A stretch of DNA of 64,000 bases from Octopus vulgaris (lineage: Eukaryota), in the NCBI GenBank assembly GCA_951406725.2, contig OX597814.1, forward strand, positions 199,330,001-199,394,000, in the 5' to 3' direction. A program made the translations under genes and the position numbers. This document shows, piece after piece, positions 11,735-22,036 of the stretch. Under the pieces are notes generated by a model. It was given only the letters and a program-made list of their open reading frames with translations, made no database searches and was not told the origin of the DNA. The first letter of the stretch is position 1, and the number at the start of each line of letters is the position of its first letter.

Positions 11735-12148
11735 ACGGTGAGCTGGTAGAAACGTTAGCACACCGGGCGAAATGCTTAGCGGTATTTCGTCTGCGGCTAC
11801 GTTCTGAGTTCAAATTCCGCCGAGGTCGACTTTGCCTTTTATCCTTTCGGGGTCGATTAAATAAGTACCAGTTACGCACTGGGGTCGATATAATCGACTT
11901 AATCCGTTTGTCTGTCCTTGTTTATCCCTTCTGTGTTTAGCTCCTTGTGGGTAGTAAAGAAATAGGTATTTCGTCTGCTGCTACGTTCTGAGTTCAAATT
12001 CTGCCGAGGTTGACTTTGCCTTTCATCTTTTCGGGGTCGATTAAATAAGTACGAGTTACGCACTGGGGTCGATATAATCGACTTAATCCGTTTGTCTGTC
12101 CTTGTTTGTCCCTTCTGTGTAGCGCCTTGTGGGCAGTAAAGAAATAAG
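11735..12148 (+). mobile_element. SINE family B, dimeric form (one head plus two bodies)
   Basis: Head GAGCTGG.AGAAACGTTAGCA..GAGTTCAAATTC. Body GGTCGACTTTGCCTTTCATCCTTTCGGGGTCGA resembles the Meta/MESC SINE domain and occurs twice. Confidence 0.9.
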
Positions 12149-12149
12149 A

Positions 12150-12540
12150 AGTTTGATTTGCAACAGCAGTGTTCTGGGTTCAGTCCCACTGCATGGCACC
12201 TTGGGTGCCTTGTAAATATAGCCTCGGACCGACCAAAGCTTTGTAAGATGACTCGGTTGACAGAAACTGAAAGAAGCCTGTGATATCTCTCTCTTCCCCT
12301 CTCTCTCTTGTATATGTATGTTTGTGTGTGTGTGTGTGTGTGTGTTTGCTTCTCACACTCACCGTTTGACAACCGGTGTTGATGTGCTTACGTTCCCTTA
12401 ACCTAGCAGTTCAACAAAAGAAACCGTTAGAACAAGTACAAGGTTTTAAAAGTAACTACAGAGGTTGATTCATTCGGTTAAAACTTCATCAAGGCGGTGC
12501 CCCAGCATGACCGCAGTCGAAAGACTGAAACAAGTAAAAG
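12150..12540 (+). mobile_element. Diverged SINE A-related copy
   Basis: GGGTTCAGTCCCACTGC..ACCTTGGG..GAAACTGAAAGAAGCC, microsatellite, tail GGTGCCCCAGCATGACCGCAGTC..CTGAAACAAGTAAAAG. Confidence 0.8.
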
Positions 12541-12799
12541 ACAGATAAAATTAACGTCTGATTGTGCATCAAATACATATTGAGCAATTAATGACGTCAT
12601 TACCCACACGACAGAGACTATTGAAACGGTTTTTAATGGCTGCTGAGAAGAGAAATGAAATATTTTCATGAAGAAGTTGTTTTGCTAGTAATTGTCCTTT
12701 TTCTCTTCGATATTTTAAAAAGGGTTTGGCAGTTAGATTGAACATGCTGTTACTTGTTGGTACAGGCTGGATAGATCTTTGAGGAAAAGAGAAGGAAAG

Positions 12800-13020
12800 G
12801 ATAGATTGTTTTATTGGCCACGCAGGGTTGAACACAGAAGGGACAAAATACAAAGTAGAGCTTTTCTTTTTGGGGAGAAGGAAAAAAAAGGTGAGGCCGA
12901 TCAATAGGGATCGTGTATCACAGAAATGTCAATGTAAAAAATGAAAACAGATTAGGTTTGTCCGTGGATAGAAAAGCCAACGGCAAAGACCACGGGACCC
13001 TTGGGCAATAGTGTCATGCA
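12800..13020 (-). mobile_element. Retroposon 3' fragment (probable LINE 3'UTR) ending in a SINE B-like tail
   Basis: Minus strand ends TGTCCCTTCTGTGTTCAACCCTGCGTGGCCAATAAAAC; related copy at 32940-33078 (+). Confidence 0.55.
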
Positions 13021-13384
13021 AAAAGAAAGCATATTACAATAAGTGGCTCTCTTTTTACCTTCGTTTTTTTTTTTCTTTTGGTTCACAGGATTAAAGGAAA
13101 GGATAGGTTTACAGATGGCCCGGAAGCAAGTAGTCAACTGCAATGGAAGCACAACTGTCAGGTTTTCTAACGTTCAGAGTAATCGGATACTCTGTTCGAG
13201 CTGGTCTGGGATCAAATATATTCCAGCTACGATCATCTCGAGTTTTACAAGGCTACACTTTCTAGCGTATCATTTGTTTAAAGAGGGTAGTTTGTAATAT
13301 GATGGAGATTTGGTTGCTATGTCTAGTAGATACAGTAATCCCGTAATCGTTCACTTCAGATGAGGTAGGAGATTTTTTTCACAC

Positions 13385-13540
13385 GTGTGTATTAGTTTAA
13401 CGCTCGAGAAGGTGAGAAAATCTTTTACGTTTCGAGCCTCCGCTCTTCAACAGAAAGGTACACGAGGAAATAAACAGAGAGAGAATACTAAAAAACTTTT
13501 GGAGCTAGCGGCCAATCATGGCGGCTGGCTAGACAGAGGT
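13385..13540 (-). mobile_element. Degenerate Penelope-like hammerhead-bearing fragment
   Basis: Minus strand TCTGTTGAAGAGCGGAGGCTCGAAACGTA; related to the 1913 and 24945 elements. Confidence 0.45.
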
Positions 13541-13548
13541 GTATGTGC

Positions 13549-13599
<51 letters not shown>

Positions 13600-13884
13600 T
13601 TCGTTAACATATATATATATATTTTCACCTTCGAAACGTAGAGTAGATGAAACCATAGCGACTGAAGAAGGGTTTTTTTCCTTGTGTTAATTGCCCTGTA
13701 CTCTATTTTGTGTTCATGTTTTCGTTTCTCATTGTGTTCGACGTCTTTTTGGTGTCATGTACTCATATATGCGTGTATATGTACATGTAGAGGTAGGTAC
13801 GTACATATATGTTTATATATATGCATATGTTTTATTTATTTATATATATATAAATATATATATATACATATATATATATATGTT

Positions 13885-14025
13885 TCCGTTAACAAATCCA
13901 CTTAGAAGGTTTTGGTCGACCAAAGGCTATAGTAGAAGACACTTGCCCAATGTGCCATGCAGTGATGAACCCGGAACCAAGTGGTTGGGAAGCAAGTTTC
14001 TTATCACACAGTCGCGCCTGCGCCT
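13885..14025 (-). mobile_element. SINE A head fragment
   Basis: ACAAATCCAC..GGCTATAGTAGAAGACACTTGCCCAA..GGTTGGGAAGCAAG. Confidence 0.8.
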
Positions 14026-14460
14026 ATGTCAGATTGTCTGAATAGTTGTTATGTCGGTGAGGCCACGGGTATGTAGACGAGAAGTCTGATGAGTGCAGAT
14101 TGTTGAAGTAAAATTAATTTACTTCCGATAGTGTTGTTGTTACAGTTTGAAGCAGAGAGAAAATCTAAACGCATCGAGACAGACATCTCAGGTGCAAGAT
14201 TGAAACTTGTCACGTAATGTTCTGGGGAAGTTTTTGCAGAGCGGCATAAATGGCAAAAAATAGGGGATGAACTATTTTTGTCTCTGAGAACAAGCACGGT
14301 TTAACGATAATTACTTGTATCTTACAACAATAATAAAACCAGATGTGGTTTATTGCATGTAATGTGTGGATTAAATAACAACTCTACGACAATGTAATTG
14401 CTTTGCTTCTCAGATCAAATCACTTGCCACACAGGTACAACTAAGGCTTTCACACACGCC

Positions 14461-14472
14461 TGCGCATGCGCA
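14461..14472. promoter_or_regulatory. Perfect NRF1/EWG-type palindromic site
   Basis: TGCGCATGCGCA in unique sequence ~1.3 kb upstream of the candidate first exon. Confidence 0.4.
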
Positions 14473-15409
14473 GTTTGAATAGTTCTTGTGCACACATTAT
14501 CTTGCTGCTGAACGTAATTCCGGATAATCTAAAAGCAACATCGACTTACATATCATGTATCATATTTATACCATGTATATCAAATTAGTAATATAGTGTA
14601 ATATTGTGTACAATGCGGTATATTTACTCTGCAGAATACTTGATCAATGTGGCTGTATTTCTCTCTTTCTCACTGTATTTATCTTCTTTTGTATTTATAC
14701 ATGTAATAGAGCAGGTGCACCCGTTTGAGTTAAGTAGTGATTATTATACAAATATTTCAATTTTTCTTTTCATTCGCAGAATACAATAAATGCGTTATTG
14801 CTATTCCAACTAATTCTTGTTTACAAAGATATGTCATGTAACAGACGTTGAAAACAAACAACTGTGCGATGGAAATAATGGATCGATTGTATCAATAGAT
14901 GATCGAATAAACTTGAACTTTCATTTTCTCCTTTGAACAACATATAATGTTTATCTAAGATGCTAAAATTTTATTCTGACATATGTACAATTCGTTATCC
15001 TTCGGAATAAAACAAAAGGGTGATTGTCAGAATATTTCAAATTATTTCCCTGAGACATCATCTCACCAAGCTGTTCAAACCCATGAACATTTCTGATGAC
15101 TATCGCTATTAAAACTTAAGACGTGACATTTAAGAAAAGCAAATTAACCAGTCTCAGATGATATTTCTTTCATAATCGACATTTTAAGCTGCGTAACATT
15201 ATCTATTTGTAAGCAATTCAGACAGAGCCTATATTTCAAATATATTGCTTGCTATTCCTTCTGGCCAAATATAAAGGCGTTTGATGAAATTTTATTAGAA
15301 AATAAATTCATATAATATTTTCAGATGAGAAAATTTCTATATGTGCCTATCAGTGCGTGTCTGCATGCATATATGTACATGAACGTGTGTGGTTGGTTGT
15401 GTGCGTATG

Positions 15410-15457
15410 TATACATACATACATACATACATACATACATGCACACACGCACGCATG

Positions 15458-15489
<32 letters not shown>

Positions 15490-15630
15490 TACATACATAC
15501 ATACATACACACATACATACATACACACATACATACATACACACATACATACATACACACATACACACACACATACACACATACATGCATACACACATAC
15601 ATACATAGAATAAATACACACATACACGCA
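15410..15630. repeat. (TACA)n/(CA)n microsatellite
   Basis: Direct observation. Confidence 0.95.
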
Positions 15631-15812
15631 CATATGTTTACGATAATGTTTACAATACTAGGGATGCTTTTAATTCACAATTCATAATCTTATGTAAACA
15701 TCTTCATGCAACACCAGCAAATGGTTCTTACACTACTTGTATATGGTCATAGACTGGCGATTCAGTTCGTCCCCGGTTCGATTCAGGTACGTGATGTTGA
15801 TAAGCCACAAAA

Positions 15813-15932
15813 ATGGCGAAATATCGGTATCCATTACTCCTGAATGGAATCGAGGGCGAGTTATCTTTCCTACGACGTTCAGGTTTAACACCCAGTGCTA
15901 TGATGGAGTCGACCCCAAGGCGCTGTACAGCA
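15813..15932 (+). CDS. Candidate first coding exon of an unidentified host gene (MAKYRYPLLLNGIEGELSFLRRSGLTPSAMMESTPRRCTA, phase-0 intron follows)
   Basis: Strong invertebrate Kozak ACAAAAATGGCG with an in-frame stop just upstream; 40 codons; donor GCA|GTGAGT at 15933; Inr-like TCAGTT at 15762-15767; unique, GC-richer island. Not in the ORF track because the ORF is under 60 aa. Confidence 0.5.
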
Positions 15933-16297
15933 GTGAGTCGGCGAACATGCAAAAGAAAGACACTGAGTTAGTACGTTTGTACAGTCGATAATTTTACAAC
16001 ACTAGCACTACATTTAATTCGTAATGGAATATATATATATAAATTTCGTTTATTCCTCATCACTGCTTGGCGCGAATAATGTATGTATGTATGTATGCAT
16101 GTATTTGGATTGCAAGATTCTTTATGTGAGTTCTTGTATTGAAGCATATTCTGTTGTGTTTGAGGAGAGTCTTTCTCTTTTAGGGCCTTATAATTTTACA
16201 CACGCACTGGTAAAATTTCCACTTATTTCCGGAAATTTTACCGGTGTGTGTGTGTTAAATTATAAAACACTAAAAGAGAATGGCCCTCCCCAAACAC

Positions 16298-16341
<44 letters not shown>

Positions 16342-16355
16342 ATATATATATATAT

Positions 16356-16525
16356 TGGTAAAAACGGTAAGATAACAAAAGAAAGAAAGAGACCTCAATA
16401 TTATGTAAATACAGGAAATTATCTATAAAATAATATATTACAATTATTCAATAGTCAAGATAAAACTGAGTTTCGGATGCCGAAGTGGAAATACACAACA
16501 CCATCTCTTCAGTTATCTGGCCATA
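16356..16525 (-). mobile_element. Short repeat carrying a type I hammerhead-like fold (16454-16521)
   Basis: Minus strand: CAGATAA-CTGAAGA-long stem II-C-GAAAC-TCA-GTT-TTATCT. A second copy lies at 52470-52570. Confidence 0.55.
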
Positions 16526-16763
16526 CACACACACACACACACACACAAAATAAGGATTTAGAGAGAATCAAATACTCGAAAAGATATACAGCAGGTAGAG
16601 TTGGATAAACCTGTGATTCCGGGATGTGGTTGGTAAGTATCACGTAGGATATTCCTGTTGTGAACTCAGAGAAAACTAACTCTTTAAGTATTTAGCGCCT
16701 AGGAGTTTGTCCAAAGCATGTCCCTGGAGTATTCTTGAGATATTCGTTTATTTGTAAGATTAC

Positions 16764-16854
16764 GTTTCATCTGATGATTACGGTGTTTTTTTTTCAATGG
16801 AGTAATGTTCTCATTCTTCTATTAAAAAGTGTGTAAGAAACAGCTGTAGTGAGC
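16764..16854 (+). ncRNA. Candidate type I hammerhead ribozyme
   Basis: TTCAT-CTGATGA-TTAC...GTAA-GAAAC-AGCT-GTA-GTGAG: intact core, stem II closed by TTAC/GTAA, palindromic stem III ACAGCTGT, GUA cleavage triplet. Confidence 0.55.
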
Positions 16855-17330
16855 TGAAAATTATCGTCTGTTATTATCCATTTGGTTATATACTTAAGGC
16901 TTTTTATACTTAAGGCTTGTAGAGCGTCGTAAATTTTTCAGAGAATCTTTAATCTTAGGATGGATGGAAACCTATTTATTTGATACTTGCTTTGTTGTCT
17001 CTGCGGTGATATGAGTCAAAAACATTTACAGTGAGATATGATCTCAGAACGCAAGGGTTAATTCAGGCTCTTTTCAAACTTAAAATAATAGGCAGCTGAT
17101 CTCAAAGTTTGTCTCTTACGAGTTATATCTGATTTTATAGACCATAGTAAACCATGAATATTGAAAATAATATGACATCAAGTTAAATTTTAGTATCATA
17201 GTACATACATACATAGCTTCATCTCTCGCCAGTAGAAATAAAGTTGAAGTTCAAAGACATCCTCATTTTCCCCTTTTATTTTTGCTTTACTGTCACTACT
17301 ATAGAATTATTATAAGACATAACTTGCTAA

Positions 17331-17728
17331 TCTTTATATATAAAAGTGAAGTTGTGTGTCTGTCTCCTACGATTTAGATTCCTAACTACTCCCACATTTT
17401 ACGGTACAGTGTAACCAAAAGCGGGTATCTTATAGTCGTGATTCATATCGAGCCCTTCTGGGTATTAGCGCGCGTCTACGATGAGTCTACGATTTTTAAA
17501 AAAAATTACCATAATTTTTCCGTATTTTTAATGCATTTTCGCTCGGTTTATATAAGGGAAGTAACTCTCTAAAAATGTATTATTAAATCTCAGAACGTAA
17601 AAAGCTACAGTAACACTCCCCCCTTTGTGGTTAGCCATATTGAGATGGCTATTATACTATACATTTCTAAAAATGCTTATATAGTTATTTCCCTTAGAAA
17701 CCCGAGCAACGCCGGGCGATACTGCTAG
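17331..17728 (+). mobile_element. Non-autonomous Helitron, family 1
   Basis: A|TC 5' end, 3' hairpin CCCGAGCAACGCCGGG, CTAG|T 3' end, no TSD; copies at 43061 and 61767. Confidence 0.9.
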
Positions 17729-17844
17729 TCTTTACTACAGCAAAAATTTCATCGTACATTATACACGCGTTTTATTGCGCACATTATTATGACTTTTCTA
17801 AAAATGTTTGATGTTTTCTATTGCCGTCTATTTAGTTACGTGAT

Positions 17845-17923
17845 TCCTTTCTTTTGTCATTTTCAGGTAAGCCTTACATTCAACTTTACTTGTCGAACAT
17901 TATGCTGAAATGTATCGGTAAGT
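17845..17923 (+). other. Candidate recursive splice site (AG|GT at 17866/17867) with a 51-nt cryptic exon
   Basis: TTCCTTTCTTTTGTCATTTTCAG|GTAAGC, with a second donor TCG|GTAAGT at 17918. Confidence 0.5.
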
Positions 17924-18016
17924 TTTTTTCTAACGATATACTAGAAATTTTCTTACCAATGATATAAAAAAAATACGTACAATTAAAAAGTAACAATAGC
18001 GTTACTTATTCATATG

Positions 18017-18047
<31 letters not shown>

Positions 18048-18076
18048 ATACGTGCGTGTGCGTGTATGTATGTATG

Positions 18077-18126
<50 letters not shown>

Positions 18127-18204
18127 TATACTGTAGAGTTAGCGGTTATAGTAACCGACTAAGCGATAAAATATCCGTATATACTATCGGTATCCGTTGC
18201 CTGT

Positions 18205-18366
18205 ATTATATTTCAAATTCCGCCGAGGTCGACTTTGCCTTTCATCCTTTCGGGGTCGATAAATTAAGTACCAGTTACGCACTGGGTCGATGTAATCGAC
18301 TTAATCCATTTGTCTGTCCTTGTTTGTCCCCTCTGTGTTTAGCCCCTTGTGGGCAATAAAGAAATA
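18205..18366 (+). mobile_element. SINE B, 5'-truncated
   Basis: TTCAAATTCCGCCGAGGTCGAC...GGGCAATAAAGAAAT. Confidence 0.9.
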
Positions 18367-18419
18367 AATATATATGTGTGTGTGCAGATAACAGAATAAA
18401 CAAGAGTTTATCAGGAACC

Positions 18420-18849
18420 AATGCAAATAATTAGAAAATGGAGAAAACCACAGATAAACAGATGCATCGATTGGACCACATTTATAGCTTGTCTTTTTAA
18501 TACAAAGCATGACATAACAAAATAGGAAACGTAACATATCTTACGGCCGTTACTGATCGGACAGCCAAAATGTAGTCTATAAATAAATGCGAGAATAAAG
18601 TCCTTCATCTTCATAGGGCATTCGAAATAAGGCATCGAATCTTCATCAGAGTGACAAGAGCATACAATATAAACAAAAGGAAGAAAGAAAAGGAAAGGAA
18701 ACATGACTTAAACGAATAGTCTAAAAGCCCAATATGTTAAGAGCAAATAAGTTAGTATCAGGGGTTACAGGGTCCGTAGGTAAAAAAATGAGGTCCAATC
18801 GATGTGTTTGTTAATCTGTGGTTTTATCCATTTTGTAATTATTTGCATT
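18420..18849 (-). mobile_element. Element bounded by ~58-bp inverted repeats with a degenerate hammerhead-like core inside
   Basis: 18420-18477 is a diverged reverse complement of 18792-18849. Minus strand has CTGATGA (18643-18649) ... GTAAC-GGCC-GTA (18542-18553). Confidence 0.5.
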
Positions 18850-20100
18850 ATATGTGTGTGTGTGTGTATGTGTGTGTATATGCGTATGTAGATGTGATTC
18901 TCGACGAACTTGTAGCTTTTCAATGTTCACTGCCCTCTTAGTAATCTGACAGTCACCCTCATTCTTAGTTACTTCTCTTCCTCCCCCTCTTTTGCTGTCT
19001 CTCCTACATTATCTTTTATATGGTCAAGGCATAAGCCATTCAGTGATGATCAGTACTAAAATCGATTTGATATTTTTTCTTCTTCCTGAATACACTTGAT
19101 ATCTCCTTGACTTTCTAAATGTCTTGCTTATAGATCCAGCAAATCAACCTTTCTCTCGCTGATGTCATGAGAAAACATCCTATGGCCTCAGGTCTTTATT
19201 GTTGCGGAAGTTTAACAACATCTGCACTCGTTTAGTGAACTTGACTCTGAAGATCCCAAACCAAATACATAGTCTGGGGATAATGCTGTCTATTTATGGT
19301 TGCTTTCTAACTAACGTTCCGTTCCCTCTTGTGTAGTGTTCAGAATCGAAGGTATCTTGCAAAGTATTATAATTAGCAAAGAATGGAAGGGCAACCGGCT
19401 CATCATTACGGAAAATGATGAATACTTTACAAAAAATACGTAATATACAGCATGAAGAAAACAAATTAATCAAGTCAGCTAAAAATTACATTGAATAAAT
19501 TAATTACTGTTGTTTGCGCTCAAATAGGCTCCGTCATTCGCCGGCACATAAGAAGAAAAGTTCGACCCTATGAATTTTTATGAAGGTGTTAAGAAGCACA
19601 CCCTAATAACCGCTCATAATATCCTAGTCAACACGTCCATGCATAGAATAGACTTGGCCATGTAATATATATATATATATATATATAAATCCCTCTACAG
19701 TCTGTAGAAGGTATACAAGTATATAGGAAAGTATAGAGATATAAAATTATAATTCTACATCATTCCTTCAATATTTATATTACATAAATTCCCCTTCGGC
19801 ACTAGGATTTTCTTCCCTTATAGTTGTAATATGTAAATTTTGCAACGGATTACTAGATCTCGCACCTCTCCTAAGGTATACCCCACGTGGACTGTTATCA
19901 TTCTACTCATTTCTGTGTTTCTAATAGATTTTACAAATATTTTATACAACTAAATCCTATGGTACCTTTGTTATTTTATTTATTTTGTATTAGTATTTGT
20001 TATGCATACCTTAATTTATCTTTTAGTTTTATTTTCCATCTCTTTTTATCTCCGTTATGCATTTTATGTCATTCACAATGAAATATCTTATTTTTATAGA

Positions 20101-20585
20101 TCTCTATATCTATAAACGGCAAAATGTCTGTGTATCTCTGTGTCTGTGTGTCCTTTATACAAGTTCACGGTTTTTCACGTAAAAGGCTCGCATTTTCTAT
20201 GGGCTTTCAAAACTGTCTGAGGGTGGTCGTGAAGATCTTTTCATTTCCCCAGTCACCCCAGAAAGCCATTAAAAATATCGATAAACCGACCTCTTATGCC
20301 CATAAGTTATTTTGCGGCCAAATTCGAGTTTTTTGCTTTTTGTTTTTGCCTGACTAATGGCATGTGCACAGTCCCGCTAATTTTCCATGATTGTGCCGTT
20401 CCAGGTGTGAAAACCGAAGTCCAATGAATATTAATTACTCTCATAAAAATCTCTAACTAGCTCATAAACAACAAAACTGGCCCGGGCTGAAGTGTGATAA
20501 GAAACTTAGCTCTTGAGAAACTTTTATTGCGACCCGGCAACGAAAATTAAGCAGTAGACCCGGCAACGCCGGATCATAGGGCTAG
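20101..20585 (+). mobile_element. Non-autonomous Helitron, family 2
   Basis: A|TC start, subterminal hairpin CCGGCAACGCCGG, CTAG|T end. Confidence 0.85.
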
Positions 20586-21136
20586 TTCTTTATAAGTGAA
20601 TTTGATAACTATTTCGCTAGCTCATCATCCCTATAAACATTATACAACAAAACTACATCCGGAAACAGCATCGAAATCTTGTTATTCTCTTTTGCTGTCC
20701 ACATAGTAATACATAACCCAGAGCAGAGGAAGACTAGACGTTTTTCACTCGGGCCAGCATTCGTGACATTCTAAATGACAAACGTGAAGAAGAAAGTATG
20801 ATAATAAGGCTGATAGACTTAAAGCAGATCTTGAAGAGAACTCTATTCTTACATTTATAAATTGTAGCATAAATTCAGGCCTGAGCGTAACCTAATTCTT
20901 GTAAACAAATGCAGCCGTTAGAAGTAAGTCTTGCATCATCTCAGTTTACATTAAAAATAAAAATTACACACACAAAGGAATTGTTATTTATGTACAATGA
21001 TAAAGAGTGTCTCCATAGATACAAAATATCTGTTGTCAAATAACCATACGTATCGTACACTACAATAACTAAATGTTCTCGTTAGAAAATGACTATATCA
21101 TTAAAAATTCATCTAAAGAAGACTCACGAACCAGTT

Positions 21137-21525
21137 ACTCATTTACTTGTTTCAGTCATTTGACTGTGGCCATGCTGGAGCACCGCCTGTAGTTGAGCAA
21201 ATCAACCCCAGGACTTATTCTTTGTAAGCCAAGTACTTATTCTATCGGTCTCTTTTGCCGAACCGCTAAGTTACGTAAACACACCAGCATCGGTTGTCAA
21301 CGATGTTGCGGGGGACAAACACACACACACACACACATATATATACATATACGTATATACGACGGGCTTCTTTCAGTTTCCGTCTACCAAATCCACCCAC
21401 AAGGCTTTGGTCGGCCCGATGCTATAGTAGAAGACACTTGCCCAAGGTGCCACGTAGTGGGACTGAACACGGAACCATGAGGTTGGCAAGCAAGCTATTT
21501 ACCACACATCCACTCCTACGCCTAT
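21137..21525 (-). mobile_element. SINE A, full length
   Basis: Reverse complement of the family A consensus. Confidence 0.92.
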
Positions 21526-22036
21526 AGACTATATTACAATGACAACAGAATGTAAAACACTTCTTATTAACATGAAACCGCAGACTTGCAAACTTTTGAA
21601 CGTACTTCAGGCAACTTATGTTAGATTTCAGTGTAAACAGGGAAGTTATTGACCTCTTCACTGAAACTTTTAAATCGAACGTCCAATTATGACTGTCCCT
21701 GTACACTTCAGATTTATCGATTCCACCTCGTTTCGAACGTGACACCTGTATGTAGCACTGACAAGCCGTAATATAACGGCAAAATGCGCATCCGTCCTTC
21801 TCGCGACTGCTTCCGTGACGATTTCGTTTCGGCTAGCTCTGAAGTATATAAAAGATGCTGTTATGCGTAATCGTGTGTGTGTGTGATTTTTTAAATTCTT
21901 TTTTCTCTTTTTTTCTGTAAAGTCCTTTGTCAACCGTACTGCATCTCATTTCATGATATATATGTGTGTGTGTGTGTTCGCGCGCGAGTGTATATGTCTG
22001 TATGTTTAATCTGTATTACACTATATACCAGTACTT

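Noticed and set aside
15085-15130. CTGATGA...AAAAC-TTAA-GAC as a hammerhead
   Set aside because: No stem II pairing, and both GAAA and the GUH triplet are mismatched
15732-15922. Minus-strand exon reading (TACTAAC branch point, CAG acceptor, GTAAGA donor; RLGVDSII...YDHIQV)
   Set aside because: Plausible but less favoured. It is the antisense shadow of the plus-strand frame, which has a Kozak ATG, an upstream stop and a phase-0 donor. Stranded RNA-seq would decide.
15737-15991. 84-aa plus-strand ORF from the track
   Set aside because: Non-ATG start and no recognisable domain; the overlapping ATG frame at 15813 has better signals
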